64,000 nt of DNA from Acidimicrobiia bacterium (GCA_041577335.1 JBFGJH010000008.1:1-64000); one strand, 5' to 3'; positions 38,888 through 48,428 are shown, counted from the stretch's first letter. Notes: generated by a model not told the origin, from the sequence alone. Translations and numbers: made by a program.

Positions 38888-39627
38888 GACATCACCTCTT
38901 CTTGTTTTCCTTGTCTATTCACTACCCGAAGAACGACGACCAAACAAGCCGCTCCGAGCACAGCGCCGATCGTGACGTCGGTGAGGAAATGCATTCCCCG
39001 GTACATCCGCGACGCGGCGACGACAAGAGCAGCGATCGTGGCGCCGACGTACGCAACGACGGAGGCCCACCGACGGTCGGTTCTGCTCGCCACGATGGTG
39101 GCGAGGCCGAAGTACAGGGCGACCGCGGCGGCAGTATGACCTGACGGAAACCCAGCAGTTGGTGGCGACGGATCGAGGTGCTCCACCGGAGGGCGTTCGC
39201 GACCCACGACGTAGGCGATCGAAACGAAACTGGTCACCTCGAGCAGCAAAGCTGTCGCGAGGAGTGTGATCTCATCCCATCGCCGCCACGCGACCGCGAA
39301 GATCACGGAAAGCACGGCGATGATGACGACGACCGAAATGGTGTCGGAGAACCCTGAACCGATATCCGTCAGGAGGTTGAGCGTCGATGTGCGCCGTTCG
39401 GCCAGCCCTTCGCTGAGGCTCACGTCGGCGGTGATGAGCGGGTGGGCCGGCGCGAGACCCGTGATGAACGCACCGATGAGGGAGCCCACACCGACCAAGG
39501 AGGCATAGGCCACCAACAGCAGCCAAGCCTGCGTCCGACCGATGAGCCACTTGGCGCGTGCGCCATGCTGCTTTGAGCCGGTTTCGCTGGCCGTGTCTTG
39601 GGGCGCGGTCACCAACGTTGACATCAT
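38884..39627 (-). CDS. PAP2 family phosphatase
   Basis: RERP, FPSGH, SRMYRGMHFLTDV. Confidence 0.9.
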   Translation of the reverse strand: MMSTLVTAPQDTASETGSKQHGARAKWLIGRTQAWLLLVAYASLVGVGSLIGAFITGLAPAHPLITADVSLSEGLAERRTSTLNLLTDIGSGFSDTISVVVIIAVLSVIFAVAWRRWDEITLLATALLLEVTSFVSIAYVVGRERPPVEHLDPSPPTAGFPSGHTAAAVALYFGLATIVASRTDRRWASVVAYVGATIAALVVAASRMYRGMHFLTDVTIGAVLGAACLVVVLRVVNRQGKQEEVMS

Positions 39628-40505
39628 TCGCTCCTTCCATTCACACCCAGGGACGGGCGGGCCTCGACCACCACCTCGTCTCGCGGCTCACCGAACTGCA
39701 TGATCCGGCCTCCGAAGGCCACTGCACACACCGTGAACCACGCCCAGCCGACCGCCAGGCCAGCGACAACGTCGGAAAGCCAATGAACACCGAGGAGCGT
39801 TCTCGTAGCCGCGACCGCAGTAGCGAGGAGCGTCGCCGCACCGGCCAGGTAGGCGCGCCCGCGATGGCCAAAGGAAAGGCCGACGACGAGTGCCACCGCG
39901 GCCCACAGGGCAGCTGCGGCGGCGGAGTGCCCGGAAGGAAACGACGATCCCGCCCATCCCTGCAGCTGGAGAACACTGGGGCGGTCACGATCGACGAGCA
40001 ACTTGAGGCCGTTGTTCACCAGTGATTGACCTGCGATCACGGCGATCATGAAGTACAGAATGTGGACATTGCGATGCTTCAGCCAACCCCACACTCCGAC
40101 GGCCAACCCAACGACCACAACCACGGTCGTGCCGCCCAGGTCGGTGACGAGGTGGAGGATCGAAGTCGACATGGCAGTGGCGTTGGCCGCGCCGAATTCG
40201 GCGACGCTCTCGTCGAACTGCGCGAACCCCGATTGGTCATCGAGCGTGTTGAACACCCATCCGGCCAGGACGGCAAGAACGAACACGGTGACGAGACCAA
40301 CCGTCAGGAGCAGGCCACCTGCGCTCGTGCGATCCAGCCGGCGACGCACGAATGAAGCCAGCCGGCTCTGACCGGCCAGCTTGCGCACGAGCCATCGCTC
40401 CTCGGCGACGGGATCGATGGGATCCAGCGCGCCACTATTCAACGACCACACGGCCGTGGTGACGCCTGCCAGGAGTGCGGCTCCAATGATGATCACGAGT
40501 CTCAT
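39624..40505 (-). CDS. PAP2 family phosphatase
   Basis: K...DRDRP, SFPSGH, TR.LLGVHWLSDV. Start set at ATG 40505, downstream of the SigB-type promoter. Confidence 0.9.
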   Translation of the reverse strand: MRLVIIIGAALLAGVTTAVWSLNSGALDPIDPVAEERWLVRKLAGQSRLASFVRRRLDRTSAGGLLLTVGLVTVFVLAVLAGWVFNTLDDQSGFAQFDESVAEFGAANATAMSTSILHLVTDLGGTTVVVVVGLAVGVWGWLKHRNVHILYFMIAVIAGQSLVNNGLKLLVDRDRPSVLQLQGWAGSSFPSGHSAAAAALWAAVALVVGLSFGHRGRAYLAGAATLLATAVAATRTLLGVHWLSDVVAGLAVGWAWFTVCAVAFGGRIMQFGEPRDEVVVEARPSLGVNGRSE

Positions 40506-40515
40506 GCCGGCGCCC

Positions 40516-40541
40516 TTACCCACCTGGCCTGCGTTCGAAAC
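40516..40541 (-). promoter_or_regulatory. SigB/SigF-type promoter for the PAP2-PAP2-DAGK-yihY-ppk2-cls operon
   Basis: GTTT-cgaacgcaggccaggt(16)-GGGTAA. Confidence 0.75.
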
Positions 40542-40578
40542 CTCAGCCATCGGAAAGCGGGGAGCTCCACAGTGTGCG

Positions 40579-40604
40579 GTTTACAGAGCCGCCCCGATGG
40601 GTAC
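40579..40604 (+). promoter_or_regulatory. SigB/SigF-type promoter for the ABC transporter
   Basis: GTTT-acagagccgccccgat(16)-GGGTAC. Confidence 0.75.
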
Positions 40605-40633
40605 CTGTCGTTCACGACCAGCGAGGTGCTTTC

Positions 40634-41644
40634 TTGATCGAACAACAACGGCACGGCCACCCGAACGAACCGGCAATCAATGCCCGCCGGGCATCCAAGG
40701 TGTTCGCAACGGGTGACGGTGTGCACGACATGGACCTTGCCGTCCCTTCGGGATCGATCTTTGGATTCATCGGGCCTAGTGGGGCCGGTAAAACCACCGC
40801 AGTCCGGATGCTCACCGGCGCCATCGAGCCCACCGATGGCCAAGTCACCGTGCTCGGCCAGGCTCCGACCTCTTTCGATCACAGGACGCGGTCGCAGATC
40901 GGATACATGCCCCAGCTTTCGGTCCTGTATGACAATCTCTCAGTCGCTGACAACCTCAAATTCTTTGCGTCGCTGTACGGGATGACTCGCCGGCGCACCG
41001 AAGCGGCGCGCAACGAGATGTTGGAATTCGTGGACCTCGGCGATCACCGTGACAAGCGGGTCACAGAGCTCTCCGGTGGCATGCGGCGTCGGCTGAGCCT
41101 GGCAGCCACCCTGGTGCACGAGCCTCGCATGATCTTCCTGGATGAGCCGACCGCTGGTATCGACCCAGTGTTGCGCCGCCGGCTGTGGGACCACTTCACC
41201 GAAATGCGCGATGAAGGACGAACGCTGTTCATCACGACGCAATATGTCGGTGAAGCCGCCTACTGCGACCGGGTGGGAGTGATTGCCGATGGCCGCTTGA
41301 TCGCCGATGAAACGCCCGACGGTCTCCGCCGAGCCGCGTTTGGCGGCGACATCGTTCACCTCGAGCTCGAACAGCCTCTTTCGACAGACCTCATTCGAGA
41401 CATCAGCAACCTGGTGAGCGCCACGGCCTGCCAGCCCTACTCAATGCGAGGGCTGCGCATCGTGGTCGAGGAGGCAGCTCTGTCGCTGCCAGAACTGACG
41501 ACCTGGCTCGCTTCGCAAGGCGTCAGTGTGGCCCAAGCGGAGGAACACATGCCGCCGTTTGACGACGTGTTCGTCGAACTGGTCGAGGAGTACCGCGCAG
41601 CGACTACGGACACTTCGACCGAGGGAGAACGAGTTGTTGCATAG
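40634..41644 (+). CDS. ABC transporter ATP-binding protein (ABC-2 exporter type)
   Basis: GPSGAGKTT, LSGGMRRR, FLDEPTAG. TTG start after RBS GAGGTG and the promoter. Confidence 0.9.
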   Translation: MIEQQRHGHPNEPAINARRASKVFATGDGVHDMDLAVPSGSIFGFIGPSGAGKTTAVRMLTGAIEPTDGQVTVLGQAPTSFDHRTRSQIGYMPQLSVLYDNLSVADNLKFFASLYGMTRRRTEAARNEMLEFVDLGDHRDKRVTELSGGMRRRLSLAATLVHEPRMIFLDEPTAGIDPVLRRRLWDHFTEMRDEGRTLFITTQYVGEAAYCDRVGVIADGRLIADETPDGLRRAAFGGDIVHLELEQPLSTDLIRDISNLVSATACQPYSMRGLRIVVEEAALSLPELTTWLASQGVSVAQAEEHMPPFDDVFVELVEEYRAATTDTSTEGERVVA

Positions 41645-43142
41645 GGGCCGGACGGGGATCGTGAAGGTGGTGGCCTTTGCGCGAAAGGAGCTGGTCGACA
41701 TCGTCCGCCAGCCGCGTCTGCTGCTCACCCTCATTCTCGGACCATTCCTCATCCTTGCGCTATTCGCAGCGGGCTACCAACGGTCCGCCGGGGCCATGCG
41801 AGCCGTGCTCGTGGTCTCTGAACAGGACATGAAGTTGCTGAATGAGCTCGAGGACCGGTTGGCTGAGTTGAACCGGTCAATCGTCGTCCAGGAAACGACG
41901 GAGAGCCAAGAAGAGGCCCTCGAGATTCTCCGACGTGGCAACGCGGATGCCGTCGTCGTAGTGCCGCCCGATCCGTACGGGACCGTGCGAGGCGGCGACC
42001 AGGCCTTGTTCGTCCTCCTTCACGACACACAGGACCCTTTTGAGCAAGCAACCATCAGGCTGACCGCGCGCGCCGCCATCGACGAGATGAACCGTGAGCT
42101 CCTTGCCGAAGCGATATCGACCGGCCAACGTGAGACCGCAGATTTCAACCCATTTCTCACGGCGAGCCGGGAATCGGCGGTCGCACTGCGGACGGCGCTG
42201 GAAGCCGGCGATACTGCCGCTGCGGAAGCCGAGCGGAGTGTCCTCGAAACGCACCTCGCTTCCATCGACGAGCAGATCACGCCCGCCGACTCACTGGTGG
42301 CCGCGTTGGACGGAGATCGTCCGGAATCAAACCGACAAGTCACCGCGCTTCGCCAGCGCATCGCCGCGCTCGACCTGTCGACCACCGACGGAACACCGAC
42401 GAGCGCCGCCCAAGAGGTCCGGACAATCGAAGCCGAGATCGAAGACTTGGAGTCGACGCTGTCCCAGTTTCAGACAATCGCTCCCGATGTTCTCGTGAGC
42501 CCACTCGCCGTCGACACCGAACTGATTTCACCGGTCGAGGTCACGCTCACCGACTTCTACGCACCCGGGGTGATCGCGCTGCTACTCCAGCACCTGGCTA
42601 TCACCTTCGCGGCAATGTCGCTGGTACGCGAGCGGAGTTTGGGGGCGACCGAGGTCTTTGGAATCGCTCCAGTCGGGCCGTCACACATCCTCATCGGCAA
42701 ATACCTCGGGTACACCATCGGAGCGGGCGTGATTGCCTTGGGGCTCAATACTCTCCTTTTGACGGTGTTCGAGGTGCCGCTGGCAGGTTCTATGGCGGCC
42801 TTTGTCACAATTCAGCTCTTGCTCACGCTGGCTTCGCTGGGGGTCGGATTCGTGATCTCGTCAATCGTGTCCACCGATCATCAGGCAGTCAATGCCGCCA
42901 TGATCGTGCTCCTTCTGAGCATATTCTTCAGTGGGTTCTTTCTCTCGCTCGATCGTCTCTTGCCCGAAGTCCGGGTCGTATCGTGGATGCTGCCGATCAC
43001 GCATGCTCTCGACTCACTCCGTGACGTCATGTTCCGAGGGGCGCCAATCGACCTTCGCACCTGGATCGCTCTCGGCGGGGGCTCTCTCGTCCTTTACGCC
43101 GTTTCCTGGCTGCTGATGCGGCGTCGTGTGGGCGCCGCGTAA
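41634..43142 (+). CDS. ABC-2 type permease with a long helical extracytoplasmic domain
   Basis: ARKELVDIVRQPR, YAPGVIALLLQH, SLVRER..G, FFSGFF, LPITH. TTG after RBS GAGGGAG. Confidence 0.85.
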   Translation: MLHRGRTGIVKVVAFARKELVDIVRQPRLLLTLILGPFLILALFAAGYQRSAGAMRAVLVVSEQDMKLLNELEDRLAELNRSIVVQETTESQEEALEILRRGNADAVVVVPPDPYGTVRGGDQALFVLLHDTQDPFEQATIRLTARAAIDEMNRELLAEAISTGQRETADFNPFLTASRESAVALRTALEAGDTAAAEAERSVLETHLASIDEQITPADSLVAALDGDRPESNRQVTALRQRIAALDLSTTDGTPTSAAQEVRTIEAEIEDLESTLSQFQTIAPDVLVSPLAVDTELISPVEVTLTDFYAPGVIALLLQHLAITFAAMSLVRERSLGATEVFGIAPVGPSHILIGKYLGYTIGAGVIALGLNTLLLTVFEVPLAGSMAAFVTIQLLLTLASLGVGFVISSIVSTDHQAVNAAMIVLLLSIFFSGFFLSLDRLLPEVRVVSWMLPITHALDSLRDVMFRGAPIDLRTWIALGGGSLVLYAVSWLLMRRRVGAA

Positions 43143-43165
43143 ATCTGACCAACGTGGGCCGCGTG

Positions 43166-43191
43166 GTTTGGCCTCTCGTCGACCTGGGTAG
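43166..43191 (+). promoter_or_regulatory. SigB/SigF-type promoter
   Basis: GTTT-ggcctctcgtcgacct(16)-GGGTAG. Confidence 0.75.
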
Positions 43192-43229
43192 AGATACCAC
43201 CACCTACGAGAGAGACAAGTGAGACTGCT

Positions 43230-43850
43230 GTGAGCGTCGCCACGAAGCCAACCACGCGAGTGATCGGCGGCCAGGACCAGGCCGACTCGGACAGCCTCGA
43301 CAATGGTGACAACCGATTGGTCGATCTGCGCTTTGCGCTGGCGGGCGGGGCGATCGCTGCCGTCACACTGTTTGCGGGCGTAGCGGTCGTTGGAAGGGTG
43401 AGCCCGTACGAGGGCCTCGCCTTGCTCCAATCGGTGCAGCCATCCGTCAGATTCTTCGCTTCGAGCGTCATGGCCGCCAGCGCGACGGTGATGGCGTTGA
43501 TGCTGACGTTGCTGGGGTTCACGTACAACACCGAATGGAACTTTCGAGCAACCCACTTTCGCAGGATCCGCCAAATCTCCCTCTTGGCGAGCGCTTCCAT
43601 CAGCCTTTCGGTGGTCACCCTCATGTTCATGGGCCTGCCGGTCGACGAAGCCGACGGCCTCCGCCTCTACCACCACATCGTGTATTACGGCCTCACGGCT
43701 GCCGCGGCGCTACTGGGCGGGCTGATGATGTCGATTGTCATGATGCTCCAGCGAACGATCACCGGGTTGGTGTACATCGGCCACCCCTCCGCTCAGAGCG
43801 ACCTGATCGATTCCGAAGACGGAGCGTCCGAACCCCTAGAATCAAGCTGA
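43230..43850 (+). CDS. Hypothetical membrane protein (about 4 TM)
   Basis: Hydrophobic segments including SATVMALMLTLLG. TGATG-coupled to the next gene. Confidence 0.65.
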   Translation: MSVATKPTTRVIGGQDQADSDSLDNGDNRLVDLRFALAGGAIAAVTLFAGVAVVGRVSPYEGLALLQSVQPSVRFFASSVMAASATVMALMLTLLGFTYNTEWNFRATHFRRIRQISLLASASISLSVVTLMFMGLPVDEADGLRLYHHIVYYGLTAAAALLGGLMMSIVMMLQRTITGLVYIGHPSAQSDLIDSEDGASEPLESS

Positions 43851-44803
43851 TGGACTGGTTTGTGGCGGCGAGTGAGCCAACAGCAGCAACTCTTGTACGT
43901 CGGGAATTCACCGAGTATCTGAGTCGCCACGCCGCCGCTGATCAAGATATCGACGGTGCTGCGCTCGCCTTCGCCGAGCTGGTAAACAATGCCATCGAGC
44001 ATGGCGACGGGCCCGTCTGGGTATCGGTCGATTGGACAGCGGCCACGCCGACCGTGACAGTCACCGACATGGGGCCCGGCTTCGACCTGGCCGACGTGCC
44101 TGCCAGCGACCCCACCTCCGACCGCGGCAGGGGTCTGGCGATTGCCGCAAACGTCGCCCAAGCACTCGAAGTCCATGCACGCGGTTCGGGCGGAATGCGG
44201 ATCAACGCCGAATTGCCGGTACGGCGAGCGACAGAGGTGAGCCTCGACCCTCCTCGGCGTCGGGTGCAGAATCTGCCCGATCTCTCGGAAGCCGACGCCG
44301 ACGGCTTCGGTCGCGAAGCATTCCTCCGAGCTCTGGTAGTGCAGCTCGCTCAAGAAGCAGAGAGAATCGAGGGCCCGGCCGCTGCCGAGGCGTTGATTGC
44401 TCAAGTGGGGATTGACACAGGCGCTCAGATGGAGGCCGAGTTTCGTGTCGCTACCGGGGTAACCGGACCCCTGAATCCGGAGCAGTTGGCAGCCTGCTAC
44501 GTACGCCTCAAACATGCCATCGACGGGGACTTCTATCCGCTGGAGGTGACGAGCGATCGGATCGTGCTCGGCAACCGACGGTGCCCTTTCGGATTGGCAG
44601 TCCGCAACGCGCCGGCCCTCTGTCGCATGACGTCCAGTGTGTTCGGAGGCATCGCCGCCAACAACGGGGAGGGAGCGACGATCACCCTTGAAGAGCGGAT
44701 CGCCGTCGGCGACCATCAATGCCGGGTCGTCATCGAGCTTGGGAAACCAGATCTATCTGACGAAACCCATGGGCATCGCTATTTCCCGCCGGTCGGAGGC
44801 TGA
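43850..44803 (+). CDS. RsbW-like Ser/Thr kinase (HATPase) fused to a methanogen output domain 1 (MetOD1)
   Basis: N-box ELVNNAIEHG, G1 TDMGPGF, G2 GRGLAI. C-domain LGNRRCPFG...LCRMTSSVFGGIAA...IAVGD..CRV. Confidence 0.8.
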   Translation: MDWFVAASEPTAATLVRREFTEYLSRHAAADQDIDGAALAFAELVNNAIEHGDGPVWVSVDWTAATPTVTVTDMGPGFDLADVPASDPTSDRGRGLAIAANVAQALEVHARGSGGMRINAELPVRRATEVSLDPPRRRVQNLPDLSEADADGFGREAFLRALVVQLAQEAERIEGPAAAEALIAQVGIDTGAQMEAEFRVATGVTGPLNPEQLAACYVRLKHAIDGDFYPLEVTSDRIVLGNRRCPFGLAVRNAPALCRMTSSVFGGIAANNGEGATITLEERIAVGDHQCRVVIELGKPDLSDETHGHRYFPPVGG

Positions 44804-45777
44804 GCCCTTTCGACTTCGGCCCGCACGCGAGTCTTGGCCACCGTGAGCGTCTCGGGCAGGGCATGCAAGAGTGCCTCCAGCAGCCGGCTGACGGAAAGAC
44901 CGGTGATCGGAGCCCGACACGTGAACCAGTCAACGTCCTCTGACAGGATGTCGGAGTCGTCGAGAAGAAGCGACGCTGCCAACGCCTTCAGCAACCATAC
45001 AGCCGCATCGACCGCGCCACTGTGATCGTCCGGGCCCTCGAGAAGCGCCCTGACGCGGTCTGTCACCACACCTGCTTCCTGGCGAAGAGTTGCGTATTCG
45101 GCGGCTCCTGGATAGTCGAATCGTGCCGATGGCATCGAGAAACCGGCGGTCGCCTCGACGAGGTCCGCCAGCTCTACGACGTCTGCGGCCCAACCGTTCG
45201 CACCGAGCCTCTCGGCACGGCGGTCATCCGTTCCGAAGCCTCTGCCGCCGACGACCGCCGGCGTGCCGGCGTCTTGGGCGGCCACGACCATTCGCCGTGC
45301 GCCCGGTAGCAGTGCGGGCAGCGAACAGGAGACGACGACGCACTCCGGTCCCAGGTCGTGAATCACCCCCGCCACCTGGCCCGCCGCGGCGCCGAGAGGC
45401 ATGCGAATCGACCGCCTCCCATGATGGAGCAGCGCCGCATCGAGGATCGCAGGTCCGGTTCCGTGCCAATCACCCTCCGCGCTGGTCACCAAGACTTCCG
45501 GCGAGCGCTGAGTCAACGGCGGCGCAAGGCGCGCCAGATCCTCAATGACCAGCGAAGTCACGGCCGACGCCGTGTGCTCCTGCTGAACCGTCCACTCGCC
45601 CTCCGCCCAGCGACGGCCCACGAGGCCCTGCGATTTGCACACCAAATCGCGCAAAACAATCGTTACCGATGCTCCGTTGGTGACCGCCTTCTGGGCCAAC
45701 CGTGTCGCAGCCGGATAGTCGTTGGCGCCCGCAGCATCGGTATATCGATGGACGAGTTCGTCCGTGACCTCAGCCAC
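44779..45777 (-). CDS. Stand-alone cobalamin-binding protein (CarH/photocobilin-like, no DNA-binding domain)
   Basis: Helical cap with W-x9-EH (WAEGEWTVQQEH), Rossmann EGDWH..G, VSCS, VGGRGF, plus an ~110-aa helical C-domain. Confidence 0.8.
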   Translation of the reverse strand: MAEVTDELVHRYTDAAGANDYPAATRLAQKAVTNGASVTIVLRDLVCKSQGLVGRRWAEGEWTVQQEHTASAVTSLVIEDLARLAPPLTQRSPEVLVTSAEGDWHGTGPAILDAALLHHGRRSIRMPLGAAAGQVAGVIHDLGPECVVVSCSLPALLPGARRMVVAAQDAGTPAVVGGRGFGTDDRRAERLGANGWAADVVELADLVEATAGFSMPSARFDYPGAAEYATLRQEAGVVTDRVRALLEGPDDHSGAVDAAVWLLKALAASLLLDDSDILSEDVDWFTCRAPITGLSVSRLLEALLHALPETLTVAKTRVRAEVERAQPPTGGK

Positions 45778-47443
45778 CTTGGTCGACTTTCGCCACCAAC
45801 ATCACGATATCGTCAGCCATCGGCTCGGCGGTCCACGTATCCAAAGTCGCGCCGACCGCATCAACCATCGTCGACGGCTGAGAAGAAATGACGGTCGTCA
45901 AGGCCTCGATCAACCGCTCCGAGCCAAAGAACTCTTTACCGCGTCGCGTCTCAACCACACCATCGGAAAACATCGCGATCGCGTCCCCGGGGTCGAGACG
46001 AATCGGGACACTGCTGAACGACGGATCGGCATCGAAGCCCAGCATGGTCCCGGATGCGGGAATCGACTCGATCCGACCGTCTTTGCGTATCGCCAGGGGC
46101 ATTGGGTGGCCGGCGCAGCTCACCGTCGCCGTGCGGCTTCCGCCTTGCTCCGCCGGGCCAACCTCGACGACAACGGCTGTGATGAGTGGTCGCGTGGGAT
46201 CTGCGAGAAGCGTCCGGTTGAGCACACCCAGGGCTTCGGCGGGCGAACCTGTCGCCTGTGCCGCCGCCCGCAGCGCTGACCTCGCCAAGCCGGCATGCCC
46301 TGCGGCAACCACCCCTTTCCCGCACACATCGCCAACAACCAACATGCAGCCCCCGGCGGGGGTGGGGAAGACGTCGTAGAGATCGCCCCCGAGACGGATG
46401 AGCTCGGTCGCCGGCCGGTAGAGGACGCCGAGCGAAACGCCTGCCACCTCGGGAAGGGTGCTCGGGATCATGGCTCGCTGGAAGACATCGGCGACGGCCG
46501 ATCGGTCTCGGTACAACTCCGCCTGATCGAGCGCTACCGCTGCTCTCCGTGCCACCGCTTGAAGGATCTCGCGCGTCTCGGGTGCCCAGGCTCCGATGGT
46601 TCTACCAACGAGGAGTGAGCCGATCGTCCTTCCCCGAGACGTCAACGGCTCCACCAGGATGCTCGACACGGCATCGGGCACAATGCCACCGAGCTCTTCG
46701 GTGTCAAGAACGAGCCAAGCGGTTGGGTCATCCATGTGCGAGCCGACATCCGCCTGCTCGAGTCTTCGCCGGGCATTCAGCATGGCCGAAGGACCGCCCG
46801 CCTCGGACGCGTACTTGCTGCTTGCAGCGTTTCGAGCACCCGTCATCAACCAACCCACTGGCTCGTCGAGTTTCAAGTCGACGATGCAGAAATCGGCAAA
46901 GTCGTCGGTCATTACTGTGGCAAGCCGCTCCAACAACCGCTCGGTGTTGAGCGAGCCTGCCAGCGCGTCGCTGGCGTGGATGATGAAGTCGAGCGCCTCT
47001 CGATTGGCAGTGGATGATCTCACCGCAGCCGCTGCGCTCACACGCAATTGGTCGCGCTCGCGCTCGAGAGTCGCCCGATCCGTGACGTCGTACACGATGC
47101 CGTAGCCCCGCTGAGGGCCACCGTTCGAACCTGTCTCAATCCGACCTTGTCCTTCTACCCAACGAATCGTCCCGTCCGGCCATACGATTCGATGTTGCAC
47201 CGAGTACAGGCCACCCGTCCTGCCGACCTTGTCGAGCAGCTCGAGCACATCTTCGGCGTCGGCTGGGTGGATGAAGGAGACGAACGCCTCCATGGTCCCG
47301 TCAAATCCACCCTCCTCGAGCCCATAGATCCTCTCGGCTTCGGCGTCCCAGATGACAGTGTCGGACGCCGGATCCCACGTCCACACTCCAATGCCCGCCT
47401 GGGTGAGCAGCGAACCAAGCTCGGGTACCCGTTGGTCGGTCAT
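45770..47443 (-). CDS. PAS-GAF-SpoIIE (PP2C) Ser/Thr phosphatase, RsbU/RsbP-like
   Basis: PAS (GIGVWTWD, IHPAD, PDGTIRWV), GAF, then GGDLYD, VGDVCGKG, AGHP, FSDGVVE, DDIVML. Start uncertain (47443 or 47512). Confidence 0.9.
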   Translation of the reverse strand: MTDQRVPELGSLLTQAGIGVWTWDPASDTVIWDAEAERIYGLEEGGFDGTMEAFVSFIHPADAEDVLELLDKVGRTGGLYSVQHRIVWPDGTIRWVEGQGRIETGSNGGPQRGYGIVYDVTDRATLERERDQLRVSAAAAVRSSTANREALDFIIHASDALAGSLNTERLLERLATVMTDDFADFCIVDLKLDEPVGWLMTGARNAASSKYASEAGGPSAMLNARRRLEQADVGSHMDDPTAWLVLDTEELGGIVPDAVSSILVEPLTSRGRTIGSLLVGRTIGAWAPETREILQAVARRAAVALDQAELYRDRSAVADVFQRAMIPSTLPEVAGVSLGVLYRPATELIRLGGDLYDVFPTPAGGCMLVVGDVCGKGVVAAGHAGLARSALRAAAQATGSPAEALGVLNRTLLADPTRPLITAVVVEVGPAEQGGSRTATVSCAGHPMPLAIRKDGRIESIPASGTMLGFDADPSFSSVPIRLDPGDAIAMFSDGVVETRRGKEFFGSERLIEALTTVISSQPSTMVDAVGATLDTWTAEPMADDIVMLVAKVDQGG

Positions 47444-47535
47444 GGGCGGTGACAGTTGGTCATCCCCCAAGCCTAGGCGTGGGCGTTTTCGAGGAGTGTT
47501 GTGCTTCGGCACAGGCCCTCTTCTCGATGCCTACG

Positions 47536-47766
47536 CTAGACCTCGGAGTGGTGCTCCTCGACAACGTGGCGGCCGTCGGGGCTCACGAGCGTTTCGCTGT
47601 GCGAATGGATTCCCGGCCGGCGAACCAGATGAACGATCAGGCCGATGAGGCCGACCGATAGGAGCACGAAGCCAACGACATCGAGGTTGACACCGTCTAC
47701 GTCGACGTCGAGCGCAAACCACACAATCGCTCCTAATGCCATGAAGAACACACTGAGGGCAGCCAT
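47536..47766 (-). CDS. Small membrane protein, DUF6458-like
   Basis: GAIVWFAL..DVDGVNLDVVGFVL...G. RBS AGGAGG. Confidence 0.7.
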   Translation of the reverse strand: MAALSVFFMALGAIVWFALDVDVDGVNLDVVGFVLLSVGLIGLIVHLVRRPGIHSHSETLVSPDGRHVVEEHHSEV

Positions 47767-47799
47767 TGTCGTTTCCTCCTTGTTGCTGATCGGACCTAC

Positions 47800-47825
47800 C
47801 TACCCAGTCAGCGCGAGCCCAAAAC
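47800..47825 (-). promoter_or_regulatory. SigB/SigF-type promoter
   Basis: GTTT-tgggctcgcgctgact(16)-GGGTAG. Confidence 0.75.
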
Positions 47826-47860
47826 CCGCAGCGCGGCGCTCGGCGCGAAATCGCCGTCAT

Positions 47861-47886
47861 GTTTGAACGGTGAGCCGGCTGGGTAC
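47861..47886 (+). promoter_or_regulatory. SigB/SigF-type promoter
   Basis: GTTT-gaacggtgagccggct(16)-GGGTAC. Confidence 0.75.
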
Positions 47887-47917
47887 GTCAACCGGGCACA
47901 CGTATGGAGGAGGAACA

Positions 47918-48367
47918 ATGGTCACGACAGCTGAGCGGGCATCAGAGCAAGTTCAGAAGAAGGCCTCAGCAGTATCCGATTGGATCGCCGATACCGCGAG
48001 CCAGATCGCAGACCCTATCGCCGAGGCGACAGAGAAGATCGATCTCGAAGGCACCAAAGAGGCGATCGGTGACGCGGCCGGCAACACCGCCGATACTGTC
48101 GGCTCGGTTGCCAGCAGCCTGTTGGGGGTCGCTCCCGTCGCGGCACTTGCGACAAAGAGGGCACTGAGGCGGAGTACGTTCTTGGGGCTTGCAGTCAGCG
48201 CGGCGTTTGCCTGGTTCTTCGAGCCCAATCAGGGCAAGGAACGGCGGAACAAGGCCGTCGGGCTGGTCAAGGACGCCTGGTCTTCGATCACGAAGCGTTT
48301 CAGCTCACCGGAGGTCACAACAAACCCCTCCATGTCGAATCAGAATTTCAACGACACCCACGGCTGA
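47918..48367 (+). CDS. YtxH/LEA-like general stress protein
   Basis: Ala/Lys/Asp amphipathic N-half and AWFFEPNQGKERR motif. RBS GGAGGAGG. Confidence 0.55.
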   Translation: MVTTAERASEQVQKKASAVSDWIADTASQIADPIAEATEKIDLEGTKEAIGDAAGNTADTVGSVASSLLGVAPVAALATKRALRRSTFLGLAVSAAFAWFFEPNQGKERRNKAVGLVKDAWSSITKRFSSPEVTTNPSMSNQNFNDTHG

Positions 48368-48388
48368 TCCCCACAGCCCAACTCAACA

Positions 48389-48428
48389 GCCACAACGCCC
48401 CTCACACCGACCGGAGGGGCGTTGTGGC
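48389..48428 (+). terminator. Intrinsic terminator-like hairpin
   Basis: 15-bp stem GCCACAACGCCCCTC...GAGGGGCGTTGTGGC followed by GTTCTC. Confidence 0.7.
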
